A stretch of 25,684 bases of DNA from an uncultured Alphaproteobacteria bacterium. Lineage in GTDB: Bacteria; Pseudomonadota; Alphaproteobacteria; TMED109. The stretch lies in the NCBI GenBank assembly GCA_964392475.1, contig CAYMQD010000054.1, positions 1 through 25,684 of the forward strand. The letters run 5' to 3'. The notes beneath the pieces are model-generated. The model ran no database searches, was not told the origin of the DNA, and saw only the letters and a list, made by a program, of their open reading frames with translations. Below, one piece after another: positions 1-9,013 of the stretch. Within the stretch, counting starts at the first letter, position 1. Each line of letters opens with the position of its first letter. The position numbers were made by a program, and so were the translations under genes.

Positions 1-2
1 AA

Positions 3-563
3 GCGTATGGTATTTTACCTGATCTAGGTTGTTTTGGTAAATCTATGGCTAATGGATTTCCATTATCTGCATTGGTAGGCAATAAAAAAATAATGAAGCT
101 TATGGAGAAGGTTTTCGTTTCCGGAACTTTTTCAGGGGATATTGTTTCTTTGACAGCTAGTTTGGTTACAATTGATAAAATCATATCAAATAATATTTCT
201 AGTAGGCTTTCTGAAAGAGGAAGAAAACTGATAGTTGAGAGCAATAAGATTCTTTCTGAATTTTCACTAAATGAAAGTATATATTTTTCTGGTAATAACT
301 GGTGGCCAAGACTGAATGTTATAGAAGATAAAAAACAACCGATGTTGTTATCTTCATTATTACGCCAAGAATTTATTAGAAACGGATTATTCTTGGGGGC
401 TGGATATAATCTTTGTTTGAAACATGACACAAAAAAGATTATGGATACGACAATGCATTCTTTTAGGAATTCTTTAACTAGAGTAAAAGAAGCTTTAAAT
501 AGTGGTGATCCCTATTTATTTATGAAGGGTGATTTGCTTCAAAGGATATTCAAGGTAAGGTGA
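3..563 (+). CDS. Class III PLP-dependent aminotransferase (glutamate-1-semialdehyde aminomutase-like, glycan-cluster type), 5'-truncated by the window edge
   Basis: The frame is open from base 3, upstream of the ATG at 45, and reads AYGILPDLGCFGKSMANGFPLSA. This is the PDL...GK PLP-lysine motif of class III aminotransferases, followed by SGTFSG. The true start lies upstream of the window. Confidence 0.85.
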   Translation, partial: AYGILPDLGCFGKSMANGFPLSALVGNKKIMKLMEKVFVSGTFSGDIVSLTASLVTIDKIISNNISSRLSERGRKLIVESNKILSEFSLNESIYFSGNNWWPRLNVIEDKKQPMLLSSLLRQEFIRNGLFLGAGYNLCLKHDTKKIMDTTMHSFRNSLTRVKEALNSGDPYLFMKGDLLQRIFKVR

Positions 564-1018
564 AAGAATCAAGAAAAATTTTTTTATTAAATGCAAATGA
601 CTCTCATGCTAAATTATATTTTGAATGGGTAAACTCTGCATCTTCATTGAGTAATAAATTAGAAACTAAAAAAGCTATATCAAAGAATCAACATTATAAT
701 TGGTTTACTGAACGCATATTAGATCCAAATACTTATTTATGGGTTATTAAATTATCTCAGGGAGATATAATAGGGCAAGTACGATTTCAGCTTGATGCAA
801 AAGGTTACTATGATGTTGATATCTTTATACTTCCTGTTCATCGAATGCAAGGTTATGCGCTACTTGCTTTGATGCAGGCAATGCAATATATGAAAAAATG
901 CAAATTAAGAGCAAGAGTTAAAGATTCTAATAAATCTTCAAAATAACTTTTTAGAAAAGCAGGTTTTGTTGTATTGCAGAAAGAAGAAGAAGTATTAGTG
1001 ATGGAAAAAAATTTATGA
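560..1018 (+). pseudogene. GNAT-family N-acetyltransferase (PseH-like) interrupted by an in-frame TAA at 944-946; the intact ORF as sequenced is 560..946
   Basis: GTG start overlaps the upstream stop (GTGA). Motifs EWVN, QHYNWF, IIGQVRF and HRMQGYA are present. After the TAA the same frame continues LFRKAGFVVLQKEEEVLVMEKNL-TGA(1016-1018), completing the GNAT N-x-x-S-x-x-LF-x-K-x-GF motif, and that TGA overlaps the neuB ATG (ATGA). Confidence 0.75.
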
Positions 1019-2028
1019 ATTTTTTTATTGAAGATAGAAAAATAGGACCTAAATGTAAGTGTTTTATTATAGCTGAAATTGGTATTAATCATGAAGGAAA
1101 TTCTAAAGTAGCTATAGAAATGACTGAAAATGCATTTCAAGCTGGAGCTGATGCCGTAAAATTGCAGGTGGTTGAGGCAGATGATTCATACACGAAAGGA
1201 AGTGAATCTTATAAGCTATTCTCTTCTTCTGCATTAAGTGATAAAGTTTTAAAAGATTTAGTGAAAAAAGCAAATAAGCTTAATGGTATTTTGTTTGCTA
1301 CTGCAGGAGATCCATTAAGTATACAAAGATGTCTTAAGGCTGGCATGTCAGCTTTTAAGATTTCGTCTGGGCTTTTAAATAATATTCCTTTAATTAGGAT
1401 ATTAGGGAAAACAAAAAAACCATTAATTTTTTCTACGGGTATGTCAAACCTTAATGAGGTAAAAAATTCATTAGCCATCGCAAAAAAAAGTGGTTCAGAG
1501 AATTTAGCAGTTTTACAATGTACTTCTCTATATCCTGCACCCGCGGAAAGTTTAAATCTTAATACCATCCAAACACTAGCTTCTGAATGTCGAGTTGTTT
1601 CAGGTTATTCTGATCATTATTTAGGTTCACTTTCATGTATAGCGGCAGTTGCAGCAGGTGCTTCAATAGTGGAAAAACACTTTACGCTTACTCCTAATAA
1701 AATGGGATTTGATCATCATATTTCTCTAGATCCAGATGGTTTTAAGAATATGGTGGAACAAATACGTATAGTGGAAAAGATGCTTGGAAGTAATATAAAA
1801 AAACCAACTAAAGAAGAGTCCCTGAAAAAAACACTAATACGCCGTTATTGTGTTGCCAAACAAAATATAAGTAAAGGAGATACTATAACACTAGCAAATA
1901 TTTCATACAAAAGAGTACTAAATTCAGTAAATGGAATAGAGGCATCAAATTTTGATAAAATTTTTGGTAAGAAAGTAAAAACTAATATTTTATCTGGCAA
2001 AAACATTGAGAGATGGATGTTAGATTGA
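1015..2028 (+). CDS. neuB: N-acetylneuraminate/nonulosonate synthase family protein (NeuB/PseI/LegI/SpsE) with C-terminal SAF domain
   Basis: Motifs IIAEIGINHEG, AVKLQ, FKISSG, STGM, QCTSLYPAP, GYSDH, EKHFTL and DHHISLDP, plus a SAF-like tail (RRYCVAKQNISKGD...). The exact product (Neu, Pse or Leg) cannot be determined by eye. Confidence 0.93.
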   Translation: MNFFIEDRKIGPKCKCFIIAEIGINHEGNSKVAIEMTENAFQAGADAVKLQVVEADDSYTKGSESYKLFSSSALSDKVLKDLVKKANKLNGILFATAGDPLSIQRCLKAGMSAFKISSGLLNNIPLIRILGKTKKPLIFSTGMSNLNEVKNSLAIAKKSGSENLAVLQCTSLYPAPAESLNLNTIQTLASECRVVSGYSDHYLGSLSCIAAVAAGASIVEKHFTLTPNKMGFDHHISLDPDGFKNMVEQIRIVEKMLGSNIKKPTKEESLKKTLIRRYCVAKQNISKGDTITLANISYKRVLNSVNGIEASNFDKIFGKKVKTNILSGKNIERWMLD

Positions 2029-2930
2029 TTCAACAAACTTTAAAATCTCATGAAATAAAAAACATTTCTAAAGTTATTTTAGGCACAGCACAATTTGGAA
2101 TGAATTATGGTTTAACTAAAGAAAGTAGGGAGTTAGATAAGAATAAAACATTTGAGATACTCAATGAAGCTTTAAAAAATAAAATCAAAATGTTGGATAC
2201 TGCCCATGCCTATGGATTTTCTGAAAAAATAATAGGCGATTGGATAAATTCTTCAAATAAAAATAAAATAAGAATAATCACTAAGATTCCTAAGCTTGCT
2301 GGGGGATACGGAAGTAAAGAAGCAAACAAATACTTTAATCAAAGCCTAGTTAATTTAAGGAGTAATAATATAGATATTCTTTTGATGCATGAATCTGTAG
2401 ATGTATTTAAAGACGGTATAATGAATTGGGCAGAGGAGCTAATTCACCTAAAAAAAATTAAATTTTTTGGAGTTTCAACCTATAACATTAAAGATATTTT
2501 TCCGATACACCCAAGCATAAAAGTTATCCAAATGCCCTTAAATATTTTTAATCAAAACAATATAGAGGGAGACTTAGCAAGTGATTTTCTTAGTAATGGA
2601 GGACAAATCCATGTTAGGTCTGTTTTTGTTCAAGGTTTAATACTTATGGATCCTTTATTACTTCCTTCATATTTGGAATCTTGCAAAGAACCTATAAAAA
2701 GGTTTCAATCATTAGCAAAAGAAGCAGGGGTTTTACCGGAATCCCTTGCAATTGCATCAGTAATGCGTTTGTTACCAAGATGTCAGATAGTAATGGGGGT
2801 TCATTCTTCCCAGCAGCTGGCTTCCAACTTAGAATTGCTTGATGAAAAAATTGATGGTGAGCTTGTAGCCACTGCTCTTAAATTAGGAAAAACTTTTTCA
2901 GGAAACATATGGGATCCACGTAGATGGTAA
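2013..2930 (+). CDS. Aldo/keto reductase family oxidoreductase
   Basis: Motifs LGTAQFGMNYG, LDTAHAYGFSEKIIG (catalytic Asp/Tyr), ITK, LLMHE, GVSTY, IQMPLN and VRSVFVQGL. The start may instead be TTG at 2025, giving a TTGA overlap with the neuB stop. Confidence 0.9.
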   Translation: MDVRLIQQTLKSHEIKNISKVILGTAQFGMNYGLTKESRELDKNKTFEILNEALKNKIKMLDTAHAYGFSEKIIGDWINSSNKNKIRIITKIPKLAGGYGSKEANKYFNQSLVNLRSNNIDILLMHESVDVFKDGIMNWAEELIHLKKIKFFGVSTYNIKDIFPIHPSIKVIQMPLNIFNQNNIEGDLASDFLSNGGQIHVRSVFVQGLILMDPLLLPSYLESCKEPIKRFQSLAKEAGVLPESLAIASVMRLLPRCQIVMGVHSSQQLASNLELLDEKIDGELVATALKLGKTFSGNIWDPRRW

Positions 2931-2967
2931 TAATCTTTTTTCATAAATTAGATTTAAAATTAAAAGT

Positions 2968-4062
2968 ATGTATAAAAATCCTAAGGTAGTATTTATATTG
3001 CCTTCCTTGGCGGGGGGAGGTGCTGAACGTGTAGTGCTAAATTTATGCAAAATCCTTTATAAAACTGAGATAGAGCTAATACTTATAATTTTAGATAATA
3101 GTGGCCCTTTAAAAAGCCTTATTGGAAACTATAAGGTAGTATATTTAAATAAAAGTAGAATCAGATGGGCCATATTTCCTTTAATAAAGAAACTAAAACT
3201 AATAGAACCTGATGTAATTTTTTCGACATTCTCTCATATAACACTTCCTCTTCTTGCCTTAAGAAGTTATTTTTCTTCCGGAAATAATATAATAGCCAGA
3301 GAATCAAACATGCTTGGGCCTTCTTTAAAACATAGTAAACATAAATTTATTATAGATAGAATGCATAATAGATATATCTCAAAAGCTGCAAAAATTTTAG
3401 TTACATCTAAAATTATGTATGAAGATTTAATAAATAGAGGGGTCAATATTGAAAAATTAAAAATACTTTGTAATCCTGTAGATGAACATAATATAAGAAA
3501 AATCTCTAAAATATCTAGAATAGAGGGAATAGGACTAAGATTAGTAGCTGCTGGTAGGTTAGTATATCAAAAAGGGTTTGATAGGTTAATTCCTTTGATT
3601 TCAAAACTTAGCAAAGATACTAATCTAACTATATTTGGTGATGGTCCTGAACATGAAAATTTAGAGAAAATTATTATAAATTTAAATCTTTCAAATCAGG
3701 TTCACCTTAAACCTTATTCGAGTCAACTATGGTCTTTTATTGCAGGTGCAGATGCATTCTTATTATCCTCCAGATGGGAGGGCATGCCAAATGTTGTGTT
3801 AGAATCTTTGTCTTTAGGAACACCAGTCATTGGATTTAATTGCCCAGGAGGATTAGATGATTTATTAAATACTACTATAGAAGGTTCCATCAAGACTTGT
3901 AATAATGAATTTGAAATGATTGCAATTTTGAAAGATTTTCTGCCAAGGGAAAAAGCTAATGGCTTTATACTACGTGACTCATTGCTTCCCGAACAATATA
4001 TTACAAGTAATGTAGGTAGAGATTTAAAAGAAATCATATATAGTGTCCATTATAAAAACTAA
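2968..4062 (+). CDS. Glycosyltransferase family 4 (GT-B, WabH-like)
   Basis: N-terminal FILPSLAGGGAERV, AAGRLVYQKGFDRLI, FGDGPE, and the SSRWEGMPNVVLE (EX7E) motif. Confidence 0.92.
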   Translation: MYKNPKVVFILPSLAGGGAERVVLNLCKILYKTEIELILIILDNSGPLKSLIGNYKVVYLNKSRIRWAIFPLIKKLKLIEPDVIFSTFSHITLPLLALRSYFSSGNNIIARESNMLGPSLKHSKHKFIIDRMHNRYISKAAKILVTSKIMYEDLINRGVNIEKLKILCNPVDEHNIRKISKISRIEGIGLRLVAAGRLVYQKGFDRLIPLISKLSKDTNLTIFGDGPEHENLEKIIINLNLSNQVHLKPYSSQLWSFIAGADAFLLSSRWEGMPNVVLESLSLGTPVIGFNCPGGLDDLLNTTIEGSIKTCNNEFEMIAILKDFLPREKANGFILRDSLLPEQYITSNVGRDLKEIIYSVHYKN

Positions 4063-5164
4063 CAAAAAATCTATTTTGCATATTATACCTAAGTTAGGTC
4101 AAGGTGGGGCGGAGACGCAGCTTATTGAATTAATTAAAGGAAGTGGAGAACATAATGTTTGCCAATTATTAGAAGGAGGTCCTTTGATACCATTGGCACA
4201 AAAAACAGGAGCAAAAATATTTTCCGTAAAAATGTCTAAAACTTTTCCAGATCCAAGAGTTTTTTATAGACTTTCAAAAATATATAGTATGACTCAGCCT
4301 AATATAATTTACGCCTGGATGTATCATTCAGCTTTGATAGTATCAATTTGGAAAAAACTTTTTTTAAAAAAAAATATACCACTTGTATGGGCTATACGCT
4401 GTTCAAATATGGAAACTAAACATTATCCTTATCAGTTAAAAGCTACAATTAGAGGTTGTAAAATATTATCTAGATATCCAAATATGATAGTATATAATTC
4501 TACTACTGGGGCAAAGGTGCATGATGAGCTTGGTTTTGTATCGCAAAGAAAAAAAATAATATTTAATGGTATTGATACAGAAAGATTTAAACCGAGACTA
4601 AATATCAGGGAAAAATTGCGTAATAAATACAATATTCCATCAGAATCTTTGGTTGCTATACATGTTGCAAGAGTTGATCCCATGAAGGATCATGCAACTT
4701 TATTTAAAGCATTTAAACTAGCAAAAAAGAAAATTAAAAGCTTTTATTTAGTTTTAGTCGGGAGGGGTACAGAAGATATTTTAAACTTACCTGCTCAGGT
4801 ATTAGCTTTGGGTAGCATACATGATGTTAGTAGTTTATATAATTTAGCTGATATATCTGTTTCTTCATCATCTTTTGGAGAGGGTTTTTCAAATGTAATA
4901 GCTGAAAGTATGGCTTGTGGATTAATTCCTATTGCTACGAATGTGGGGGATGCAAATAATATACTAGGTACAAATGGTTTTATAGTTAGCCCAAAAAATG
5001 CAATTGAGTTATCAGAGGCGTTTATCAAGATATCTGAATTAGGTATAGATATTAGACAAAATATCAAAATTCAATCTACAAAAAGAATCGTAAAAAATTT
5101 TTCTATAGATTTGATGCAAAACTCATATATGAAAATAGATGAAGAGATATTAGAAAGAGGTTAA
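4043..5164 (+). CDS. Glycosyltransferase family 4 (WbnK-like)
   Basis: GTG start; LHIIPKLGQGGAETQL, WMYHS, IFNGID, VARVDPMKDH, and the SSSFGEGFSNVIAESMACG EX7E motif. Confidence 0.92.
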   Translation: MSIIKTNKKSILHIIPKLGQGGAETQLIELIKGSGEHNVCQLLEGGPLIPLAQKTGAKIFSVKMSKTFPDPRVFYRLSKIYSMTQPNIIYAWMYHSALIVSIWKKLFLKKNIPLVWAIRCSNMETKHYPYQLKATIRGCKILSRYPNMIVYNSTTGAKVHDELGFVSQRKKIIFNGIDTERFKPRLNIREKLRNKYNIPSESLVAIHVARVDPMKDHATLFKAFKLAKKKIKSFYLVLVGRGTEDILNLPAQVLALGSIHDVSSLYNLADISVSSSSFGEGFSNVIAESMACGLIPIATNVGDANNILGTNGFIVSPKNAIELSEAFIKISELGIDIRQNIKIQSTKRIVKNFSIDLMQNSYMKIDEEILERG

Positions 5165-5165
5165 A

Positions 5166-7037
5166 GTGTGTGGATTTTTAGGTATTCTGAATCTTAATAG
5201 ATTGGATTTTACATCCACATTAAGAAAAAAGGTAAATTTAGGATTACAACGGCTTTCAGCAAGAGGACCAGATGCCCAGCAACTATGGTCGGATAATAAT
5301 TGTTTGATGGCCCATGCGAGGCTTAGTGTGATTGATTTATCTGAGGCAGCACACCAACCAATGCAAAGGTATGGGAAAACTATAGTATATAATGGAGAAA
5401 TATACAATTTTACAGACTTAAGATTAGAACTAGAGACATTAGGAAGGTCTTTTTTTACAAACTCAGATACAGAGGTACTACTTGTTGGTTGGTCTGAATG
5501 GGGAAGAGATTTACTGCCTCGGCTTAAGGGCATGTTTTCATTTGCTTTATGGGACAGTAATGAGAAGAAATTAGTGTTAGCTAGAGATGCTATAGGAAAA
5601 AAACCACTATTGTATACTTTAAAAGAAAATTGTTTGTATTTTGCATCTGATTTGAAAACTTTGGAACTACTAGTAAATTGTGGTGAAGTTGATGATACTG
5701 CTTTACATTGTCTTTTTATGTTAAGATATATACCAGATCCACTAACAATACGAAAAGACGTAAAAAAATTAGAGGCTGGGAATCTTGCAACATTTGATTC
5801 TGAGGGGTTAAATCTTTTTAGATGGTATAATCTTAATAATAATATACTTAAAGAAAAATATAGTTTTGAAGGAGCAAAAACAGAATTAAGAGAAACTTTT
5901 GATAAAGCGGTAAAAAGACGATTAACAGGTGATTTGCCTGTTGGAATATTTTTATCAGGAGGTCTGGATTCAAGTTTAATAGCTGCTTCAATTGCAGAGC
6001 AGGGGGTAAAATTGCCTTGTTTTAGCGTAGGATTTGAAGGAGTATCAGATTATTATGAAGAGAGACCAGAGGCTAGAAAACTAGCCAAATATTTAGGCTT
6101 AAGTTATACCGAATTAGAGATAAGTGCTAACAGTGCCCTTAACGCAATCCCTGAAATGTTTTCTTCTTTAGATGAGCCTTTTGCAGATTCTAGTTCCTTG
6201 CCAACTTATCTTTTGAGTAAAGAAGTTAAAAAACACCTTACAGTGGCTATGTCGGGGGATGGAGGAGATGAAGTTTTTGGAGGATATAGAAAATATTTCT
6301 CAGAGAAATGGCATTTTCTTAGTTTATTGTTTCCTTCTTTTATAAGGCCTTATCTAATTTCAGTTTTGCAAGAAAACAAGGATACTAAAGTAGGAGAAAT
6401 TTCGAGAAGACTCTCTCGTTTTTTGGAAAACCATTCAGGTAGTAGTTCAGAGAGGCATGCAAAATGGCTTTCTCAAATAAAAAAAGAAGATGTGGAATCT
6501 TTATTTGATTATCCATGTAAAGATTTTGATTTAGTTCAAATATTATACGATTTAAGAAAAAATTTTAAAAACCCTGTTAATGCAATGCTTTATGCTGACC
6601 TTTGCTTACCTTTAGTAAGTGACATGTTAGTTAAAGTAGATCGTATGAGTATGGCTCACGGCTTGGAAGTAAGGTCTCCATTTTTAGATCAAGACTTGGT
6701 TGAATTAGCTTTTTCTTTTCCGGGGAACTTTAAACTTGGCTGTTGGAGAGGAAAGAAAATTCTTAGAGAAGCATTTTCTGATAGACTACCTATTTGGGTG
6801 AGTAATAGAAAAAAGAAAGGTTTTGAAATTCCTATAGCTAATTGGCTTACTAATGACTTAAAAGGTTTGTTGGATGATGCTTGTAGCCAAAATACTTTAA
6901 AAAAAATTAATATAAAAAATATTTCGATGGTAGAGAAATGGAAAAGGCAATTATTATATGGTAAAAAAGATACATCTTGGCAACTTTGGACCTTAATTTC
7001 TTATGTAAATTGGGCAAGATCAAGAGGGATAGTTTGA
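5166..7037 (+). CDS. asnB: Asparagine synthase (glutamine-hydrolysing)-like amidotransferase, probably sugar-amidating
   Basis: GTG-TGT-GGA start places the catalytic Cys at position 2 (Ntn GATase). Motifs RGPD, HARLSVIDL, YNGEIYN, SDTEV, ARDAIGKKPL, LSGGLDSS, SGDGGDEVFGGY, DRMSMAHGLEVRSPFLD and KKGFEIP are present. The function in a glycan cluster is inferred from context. Confidence 0.93.
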   Translation: MCGFLGILNLNRLDFTSTLRKKVNLGLQRLSARGPDAQQLWSDNNCLMAHARLSVIDLSEAAHQPMQRYGKTIVYNGEIYNFTDLRLELETLGRSFFTNSDTEVLLVGWSEWGRDLLPRLKGMFSFALWDSNEKKLVLARDAIGKKPLLYTLKENCLYFASDLKTLELLVNCGEVDDTALHCLFMLRYIPDPLTIRKDVKKLEAGNLATFDSEGLNLFRWYNLNNNILKEKYSFEGAKTELRETFDKAVKRRLTGDLPVGIFLSGGLDSSLIAASIAEQGVKLPCFSVGFEGVSDYYEERPEARKLAKYLGLSYTELEISANSALNAIPEMFSSLDEPFADSSSLPTYLLSKEVKKHLTVAMSGDGGDEVFGGYRKYFSEKWHFLSLLFPSFIRPYLISVLQENKDTKVGEISRRLSRFLENHSGSSSERHAKWLSQIKKEDVESLFDYPCKDFDLVQILYDLRKNFKNPVNAMLYADLCLPLVSDMLVKVDRMSMAHGLEVRSPFLDQDLVELAFSFPGNFKLGCWRGKKILREAFSDRLPIWVSNRKKKGFEIPIANWLTNDLKGLLDDACSQNTLKKINIKNISMVEKWKRQLLYGKKDTSWQLWTLISYVNWARSRGIV

Positions 7038-7783
7038 ATTTTCGTATATTACTTGATTACTTTATTTATTTTCCGATGCCTGTTTTATGGATTATTTTTT
7101 TAGCGTTTATATTATTTAAAAATCATATAAGAAGACTAATAATTTATATTTGCCTAGCAGTTTTATTCTTGTCTTCTTTTCAATTAATACCAGAACTATT
7201 GAAAATACCTTTGTCTGCTGGAGCTACTAACTTACTAATAGATGATAAAGCTTCTGCTGTTATAGTATTAACAGGAGGAATATATTTTGATGGTTATAAA
7301 AATTGGTATCCTTCCCCAGAAAGTTTAAGAAGAACTGCAAAGGGAAAATACCTATCCAAAGAATTTGATCTCCCATTAATTTTGATGGGAGGAAGAGTAG
7401 AAAGTGATACTCCTTCTGAGGCAGGAGTTATCAAAAAAGTTTTGTTGCTTGAAAATACTATAATAGAAGACAGAAGCAAAAATACTGCTGAAGCAGCAGA
7501 AAATTTGAAACATATACTAAATGTTTATGCTATTCCCTCTGACTTACCACTTATTCTTTGCACTAGTAAAGTTCATTTTTTTAGAGCTGCTTGGTCTTTT
7601 AGATCCTTGGGATATAAAATAATATCACCCATCGCTAAAGAGAAATTTAAACTAAGCACTTCTTATTTTATACCTAGTTATAAAGGAATAGTTTCCTTAA
7701 ATGCTGTAATTAAAGAATATGTAGCAATAGTTTGGTACATCTTTAAGGGCAATATTAGTATATTCAAGTTAGTAAATAATTAG
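7034..7783 (+). CDS. YdcF/DUF218 (ElyC/SanA-like) membrane-anchored protein
   Basis: Two N-terminal hydrophobic segments, then VIVLTGG, ILMGG, SEAGV, EDRSKNTAEAA (cf. S-x-NT-x-ENA) and CTSKVHFFRA (cf. VTS-x-FH-x-RA). The likely start is TTG 7034 (GAGGG RBS upstream, TTGA overlap with the asnB stop) rather than 6977. Confidence 0.82.
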   Translation: MNFRILLDYFIYFPMPVLWIIFLAFILFKNHIRRLIIYICLAVLFLSSFQLIPELLKIPLSAGATNLLIDDKASAVIVLTGGIYFDGYKNWYPSPESLRRTAKGKYLSKEFDLPLILMGGRVESDTPSEAGVIKKVLLLENTIIEDRSKNTAEAAENLKHILNVYAIPSDLPLILCTSKVHFFRAAWSFRSLGYKIISPIAKEKFKLSTSYFIPSYKGIVSLNAVIKEYVAIVWYIFKGNISIFKLVNN

Positions 7784-7794
7784 AAGAGTAAAAT

Positions 7795-8940
7795 TTGAAA
7801 ACAAAATTAGTATATGCGGTATCAGAAGATTGGTATTTTTTATCTCATCGTCTGGCTATGGCAAACGCAGCAAAAAAAGCTGATTATGAAGTTCATGTAA
7901 TATGTAATGATACTGGAAAAATAAGTATTATTAGTTCAATGGGTTTTTCATGCCATACACTTAATTTTAGAAGAAAATCATGGTCGCCAATAAAACTGAT
8001 AATTGAAGTATTTTTATTTTTTAATATTTTGAAGAGAATAAAACCGGATATTTTGCATTTGGTTTCGATCAGACCCATCATAGTAGGTGGAATTGCGGCA
8101 AAATTTTCTAATATACCTATTAAGATTAGCGCCATGACAGGTCTTGGACATGTTTTTACCTCAAAGAATAGAACTAAAAAAATAATTCGAAAATTATTTT
8201 TACCGCTTTTACGTTTTGCTGTCCAAGGAAGTTTATCTCAAGTTTTGGTTCAAAATAAACATGATTTGGAGTTGATGGAAAATTTAAGGATAGCAGACAA
8301 GAGTAAAATAAATATAATTCGTGGATCTGGAATTGATATAAATTACTATAAACCATTATCTGAGCCTGATGAACCTCCTATAGTTGTAGCTTTTGTATCT
8401 AGGATGTTGGAAGATAAAGGAGCAAAAATTGTAATAAAAGCCGCAAAAATCATAAGGAATGAAAATTTGGATATTAAATTTTTACTAGCTGGTAAGCTGG
8501 ATCCTCAAAACCCTACTTCTCTAAATTTATCAGATATAAAGGATGCGCATGATTCAGGTGAAATTAATTGGTTAGAAGAGGTTAAAGATGTAAGGAAAGT
8601 ATGGGAAAAATCGCATATAGCAGTTTTACCTAGTAGAAGAGAAGGGTTGCCTAAAAGCCTTCTGGAGGCAGCAGCATCTAAAAGATGTATAATTGCTTCA
8701 GATGTGCCAGGTTGTAGAGAAATTGCATTAGATGGTGTAAATGCTATTTTAATTCCACCAGATAATGCTCTAGCTCTAGTTAGTGCAATAAAAAAATTGG
8801 CTTATAATAAAAACTTACGAATAAAATACGCAATAGAAAGCAGAAAACTAGTTGAATCAGACCTTTCTGCAGAAAAAATTGGTAAAAAAACTGTTAATAT
8901 GTATCGCAGCCTAGAGCATACTATATCAGGACAAAAATAA
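7795..8940 (+). CDS. Glycosyltransferase family 4 (CapM-like)
   Basis: TTG start; SEDWYFLSHRL, AMTGLGHVF, IRGSGID, SRMLEDKG, and the PSRREGLPKSLLEAA EX7E motif, then SDVPGCRE. Confidence 0.92.
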   Translation: MKTKLVYAVSEDWYFLSHRLAMANAAKKADYEVHVICNDTGKISIISSMGFSCHTLNFRRKSWSPIKLIIEVFLFFNILKRIKPDILHLVSIRPIIVGGIAAKFSNIPIKISAMTGLGHVFTSKNRTKKIIRKLFLPLLRFAVQGSLSQVLVQNKHDLELMENLRIADKSKINIIRGSGIDINYYKPLSEPDEPPIVVAFVSRMLEDKGAKIVIKAAKIIRNENLDIKFLLAGKLDPQNPTSLNLSDIKDAHDSGEINWLEEVKDVRKVWEKSHIAVLPSRREGLPKSLLEAAASKRCIIASDVPGCREIALDGVNAILIPPDNALALVSAIKKLAYNKNLRIKYAIESRKLVESDLSAEKIGKKTVNMYRSLEHTISGQK

Positions 8941-9013
8941 ATAAAATATCTAGGAAAGTGTATTGGTTTTAAAAATATATTAAATCTATAAAAATCTTAT
9001 TTTGGATCATGTA

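Noticed and set aside
4359-4374. T7-A9 homopolymer in the GT4 gene (also A8 runs near 1482 and 18391, and A10 at 15883-15892) as phase-variation tracts
   Set aside because: Such runs are expected at this AT content, the frames are intact, and there is no read-level evidence of length variation.
5166-7037. Housekeeping asparagine biosynthesis role for the AsnB-like gene
   Set aside because: Its tight coupling between glycosyltransferases and near a HexNAc dehydrogenase fits the WbpS-type sugar amidotransferase role better; untested.
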